DNA of 32,000 nucleotides. Source: Candidatus Methylomirabilis oxygeniifera. GTDB lineage: Bacteria > Methylomirabilota > Methylomirabilia > Methylomirabilales > Methylomirabilaceae. How positions within the stretch are numbered: position 1 is the first letter of the stretch; each line of letters starts with the position of its first letter. This document shows positions 28,818 through 32,000 of this stretch, piece after piece. The notes beneath the pieces are model-generated. The model was not told the DNA's origin. It was given only the letters and a program-made list of their open reading frames with translations, and made no database searches. The stretch lies in NCBI GenBank assembly GCA_000091165.1, contig FP565575.1, positions 1,140,001 through 1,172,000 on the forward strand. Direction: 5' to 3'. Position numbers and translations under genes: made by a program.

Positions 28818-29303
28818 ATGTTCATTAAGATGACGGTACGCGGCATTGCGCTGGATCCGATTACGAATATGCCGATCGTAATCTTGAAGGATCCGGATGA
28901 GCGCCGCGCCTTGCCGATATGGGTTGGGATTTTTGAAGCGAATGCTATCGCGCTGGAGCTTGAAAAGGTCTCGACGCCTCGACCCATGACCCATGACCTG
29001 CTCAAAAATATCCTGGACGGCCTCGGAATCACGGTTCAGCAGATTACCGTCAATGACCTCAAAGAGAATACCTTCTACGCAACCATCGATCTGAATCATA
29101 ACGGCAGCGTCGTGAAGATCGACTCACGGCCCAGCGATGCTATCGCCCTGGCTCTCCGCACCAACGCCCCGATCTTCGTCGCCGAAAATGTTGTGGCGCA
29201 AGCCAAGAACATCGAGGTGTCAGAAGAAAAGGAAGAGACGGACAAGTGGAAGGAGTGGCTTGAGAATTTGAAGCCCGAAGATTTCGGTAAATACAAAATG
29301 TAG
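28818..29303 (+). CDS. Bifunctional nuclease (BFN / DUF151) family protein
   Basis: [49 protein letters not shown]...[16 protein letters not shown]...[22 protein letters not shown]. Confidence 0.94.
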   Translation: MFIKMTVRGIALDPITNMPIVILKDPDERRALPIWVGIFEANAIALELEKVSTPRPMTHDLLKNILDGLGITVQQITVNDLKENTFYATIDLNHNGSVVKIDSRPSDAIALALRTNAPIFVAENVVAQAKNIEVSEEKEETDKWKEWLENLKPEDFGKYKM

Positions 29304-29527
29304 CCGCGCCAAACTTCCCGGCCGTTTCGCGCTTCTCCCTCTTTCGTTTCTGTCCTTCATCGTATAGCTCCGATCACCGCACATCACGCCTGTCAATCAT
29401 CAAGAGAAGAGTAGGAGGTCATACAATCGTCGGCCGTGCCGTGTGTCTCAAGGCAAATATGATAGTTGACATAATCTCTCTTATACGACGTACAGCTGTT
29501 GACAGGGCGCTCGGCCGGCAAATCCGA

Positions 29528-29556
29528 GTTCATGCTTCGACACGCTCAGAACGAAC
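29528..29556. repeat. Short dispersed intergenic motif (GTTCATGCTTCGACACGCTCAGAACGAAC)
   Basis: Matches the widely seen intergenic TTCGACAAGCTCAG-type repeat; sits between the convergent BFN and TPR genes. Confidence 0.5.
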
Positions 29557-29647
29557 GCGAAAAGGTCACATGGGGGTTAAGTCGGGCAGGCCCTACGGCG
29601 CGGGAGTTCTGACAGAGGTCGACAGCCTAAATCAAAAGACTTATCGC

Positions 29648-30355
29648 TTATCGGGAGATCCGGCCAGACCTATACGATTCCGCCTGCGCTCGCTGGGCCC
29701 AGCCGGTGTTGGGATGGGTCGCGACGATCTGTTCGTACAGCGCGCCGGCGTCTTTCAGTCGACCCATGCCACGGTAGGCTCTCGCGAGATGCAACTGCGC
29801 CTCTGGAAGTAAGGGTTCCTGAGCAAATTGCTCGATCAGCCGAGAGTACGTCTCAACCGCTTTGTCATTGTTGCGCTCTGCCAGGTATGTATCCCCGACT
29901 CCGAGGCCAGCCGAGAAGGCTATCAGACCTCTCGGATTTTTTTCGAGATACGTGGTGTACGCAGTTCGAGCCTCGTTGTACTTACCGACGGTGTAGTAAT
30001 AGGTACCGAGACGAAGCGTGGCCTCCGCAGCGGCTGCGGTTCCGGGGTAGCGATGGACGACGTCGTGTAGGAGTCGAAGACCTTCTGTCTGTTTCGCGTC
30101 ATCAGAGCCGCTTCGCAAAATCACGTCGAGCTGGCCCACTGCCTTGCGCAAGAGAGCCGCAGATTCCGTTTCCTTCCGACCGCTCCAAAAGAAATACCCC
30201 GCAATCACGATAGAGAGGACCAACAGGCCAACGGCCGCCCCAACAGCCCACCTCCATCGGTCGGTGACCATGGCTACGATTCGTGCCGTCCTATCCATCG
30301 CGATGTGGCTTAAATCGCCGCGCCAATCGGGATTATTCGTGCGAGGCCGCGTCAT
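29648..30355 (-). CDS. Membrane-anchored tetratricopeptide-repeat protein (YfgM-like)
   Basis: Single TM (WRWAVGAAVGLLVLSIVIAGYFFW) followed by TPR-like PGTAAAAEATLRLGTYYYTVGKYNEARTAYTTYLEKNP... and LPEAQLHLARAYRGMGRLKDAGALYEQIVATHPNTGWAQRA. Confidence 0.8.
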   Translation of the reverse strand: MTRPRTNNPDWRGDLSHIAMDRTARIVAMVTDRWRWAVGAAVGLLVLSIVIAGYFFWSGRKETESAALLRKAVGQLDVILRSGSDDAKQTEGLRLLHDVVHRYPGTAAAAEATLRLGTYYYTVGKYNEARTAYTTYLEKNPRGLIAFSAGLGVGDTYLAERNNDKAVETYSRLIEQFAQEPLLPEAQLHLARAYRGMGRLKDAGALYEQIVATHPNTGWAQRAQAESYRSGRISR

Positions 30356-30392
30356 GATATAGTTCTACTCCCTATGAAATTACTAGGCGCTG

Positions 30393-30467
30393 GTGCGCCC
30401 GACAGGACTTGAACCTGCGACACAGGGTTTAGGAAACCCTTGCTCTATCCATCTGAGCTACGGGCGC
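30393..30467 (-). tRNA. tRNA-Arg (anticodon CCT), CCA encoded
   Basis: Reverse complement GCGCCCGTAGCTCAGATGGATAGAGCAAGGGTTTCCTAAACCCTGTGTCGCAGGTTCAAGTCCTGTCGGGCGCACCA; 7-bp acceptor stem, TTC T-loop, loop TTCCTAA. Confidence 0.95.
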
Positions 30468-30502
30468 CCGGTTATACATCGCGCTGAAGTGAGGCTTATC
30501 GA

Positions 30503-31024
30503 TCAGAACTGGATCAAGGAGAAGACGTCCCGGTCTCCGAACCTCTCTCTCCCTTGCAGAGCCAACAGTTCAACCAAGAAGGCTACTCCGACGACCTGGC
30601 CGCCGAGGCGCGTAATAAGATCGATCGCGGCAGTCATCGTCCCCCCGGTGGCAAGCAGATCGTCCGCCATCAGAATTCGCTGATTGGGCAGAATAGCATC
30701 CTGGTGGATCTCCAGCGTATCGGCGCCATATTCCAAAGCATAGGTGGTACGGTGCGTCTTATACGGCAGCTTACCCGGCTTTCGGATCAACGTCGTGCCA
30801 GCATGAAGTCTATACGCCAAGGCGGCAGCGACGATGAAGCCCCTCGCCTCCACACCAACCACCAGATCGATATGTCGATCATGAAATCGCTCCGCCATCT
30901 GATCAATCGCTGTACGGAAAGCCTTACCGTCTGCGAGTAACGGCGTAATATCCTTAAAAACGATTCCCTTTTTTGGGAAATCCGGGATGTCTCGGATTTT
31001 CTGTTTCAGCAGTTCGATGGGCAT
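30503..31024 (-). CDS. apt: Adenine phosphoribosyltransferase
   Basis: LKQKIRDIPDFPKKGIVFKDITPLLADGKAF..., VVGVEARGFIVAAALAYRL, RILMADDLLATGGTMTAAIDLI. Confidence 0.96.
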   Translation of the reverse strand: MPIELLKQKIRDIPDFPKKGIVFKDITPLLADGKAFRTAIDQMAERFHDRHIDLVVGVEARGFIVAAALAYRLHAGTTLIRKPGKLPYKTHRTTYALEYGADTLEIHQDAILPNQRILMADDLLATGGTMTAAIDLITRLGGQVVGVAFLVELLALQGRERFGDRDVFSLIQF

Positions 31025-31142
31025 TAGTGTTCCTCACAAGATCGCCATCAACAGTCAGCCTCAGATAAAGCAGAACGCGTACCACAATGGAGCTGATACC
31101 TGACTGCTGAAGGCTGAACGCGTGGCTGGGAAGAAAACGAAA

Positions 31143-31220
<78 letters not shown>

Positions 31221-31222
31221 CA

Positions 31223-31864
31223 TCATTCGTCCCATCCTTGCTCGCCGATCAACTTCACGAAGTTACAGTTCCCGAGCTCCTCCCAGCAGACGGTCGTCCC
31301 TCTTTTCGTACCCTTCTTGAGAGCTTGATTCCATGGCTGACCGACCGGCAGCACCAGGCGTCCGCCGTCGGCAAGCTGTTCAGTAAGGCACTGTGGGATG
31401 CTTGGAGCGCCTGCGCTCACGATGATCGCATCAAAGGGCGCCTTGTCCTTCCAGCCGATGGACCCATCCCCTACCCGAATCCACGTGTGGTGGTATCCGA
31501 GCGACTCAAGACGGTATCGGGCGCGTGACGCAAGCCTCCGATTTCGCTCGATCGAGTATACCTTCACGCCTAATTCCGCCAGAATGGCCGTCTGATAACC
31601 TGACCCGGTCCCGATCTCCAGGACCCGCTGATCTTTCTGCAACTCGAGCAACTCTGTCATTAGCGCTACCATAAACGGTTGCGAAATCGTTTGCTTCTCG
31701 CCAATCGGCAGCGAATAATCGCCGTAAGCGCGCCCCCAGAAGGCCTCTTCCACAAACAGATGCCGGTGGACCTTGGCCATTGCGTGCAGGATGCCCGGGT
31801 GCGTAATCCCGCGTCTCACGAGCTGCTCGGCCACCATCCGCTGCCGGGCAACCGCGTAATCCAT
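31223..31864 (-). CDS. pcm: Protein-L-isoaspartate O-methyltransferase
   Basis: [29 protein letters not shown]...[26 protein letters not shown]...[19 protein letters not shown]. Confidence 0.96.
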   Translation of the reverse strand: MDYAVARQRMVAEQLVRRGITHPGILHAMAKVHRHLFVEEAFWGRAYGDYSLPIGEKQTISQPFMVALMTELLELQKDQRVLEIGTGSGYQTAILAELGVKVYSIERNRRLASRARYRLESLGYHHTWIRVGDGSIGWKDKAPFDAIIVSAGAPSIPQCLTEQLADGGRLVLPVGQPWNQALKKGTKRGTTVCWEELGNCNFVKLIGEQGWDE

Positions 31865-31952
31865 TATGGAATCGCAAACCTGTTATGTTATACGCGTCAG
31901 TTGACGGTTCCGTCACGCGGTGACGCGCCGCCGCCCTACCGTCAACGATAGG

Positions 31953-32000
31953 TCATCCCACAAAAATTTCCATCTCCTGAGCTTCTTCACGGCGCTCGAG
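31953..32000 (-). CDS. C-terminal end of an unidentified upstream minus-strand ORF, cut by the window edge
   Basis: Reverse complement reads LERREEAQEMEIFVG*; only 15 residues, so family not assignable. Confidence 0.3.
   Translation of the reverse strand, partial: LERREEAQEMEIFVG

Overview
The window is mostly a densely packed bacterial housekeeping region (high GC, genes mainly on the + strand). In order it contains: leuA (3' end), asd, truA, a Met-rich multicopper oxidase, a SurA/PpiC-N-like plus DsbA-like fusion protein, a SnoaL-like protein, a ~4.5 kb accessory island, leuS, lptE, holA, rpsT(-), murJ (apparent frameshift), ilvB, ilvN, ilvC, metF, miaA, aroA, cmk, plsC-like, rpsA, sppA, an IHF/HU gene, a HIT-family gene, a BFN-domain gene, a TPR protein(-), tRNA-Arg(CCT)(-), apt(-), tRNA-Pro(CGG)(-) and pcm(-). 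The accessory island (about 5.76-10.29 kb) is the main non-routine part. It holds the C-terminal ~665 codons of a type III restriction (Res) helicase-nuclease abutting the 3' part of an IS481-like transposase. It also holds a hicAB-like toxin-antitoxin pair, an unlisted 48-codon HTH-antitoxin remnant, and two diverged ~300 bp direct repeats that bracket the TA region. Several short dispersed repeats or hairpins recur between genes. I found no CRISPR array and no convincing complete, previously undescribed multi-gene system. The most useful leads are the repeat-bracketed TA island, the murJ frameshift at a G6 run, and the intergenic repeat families.
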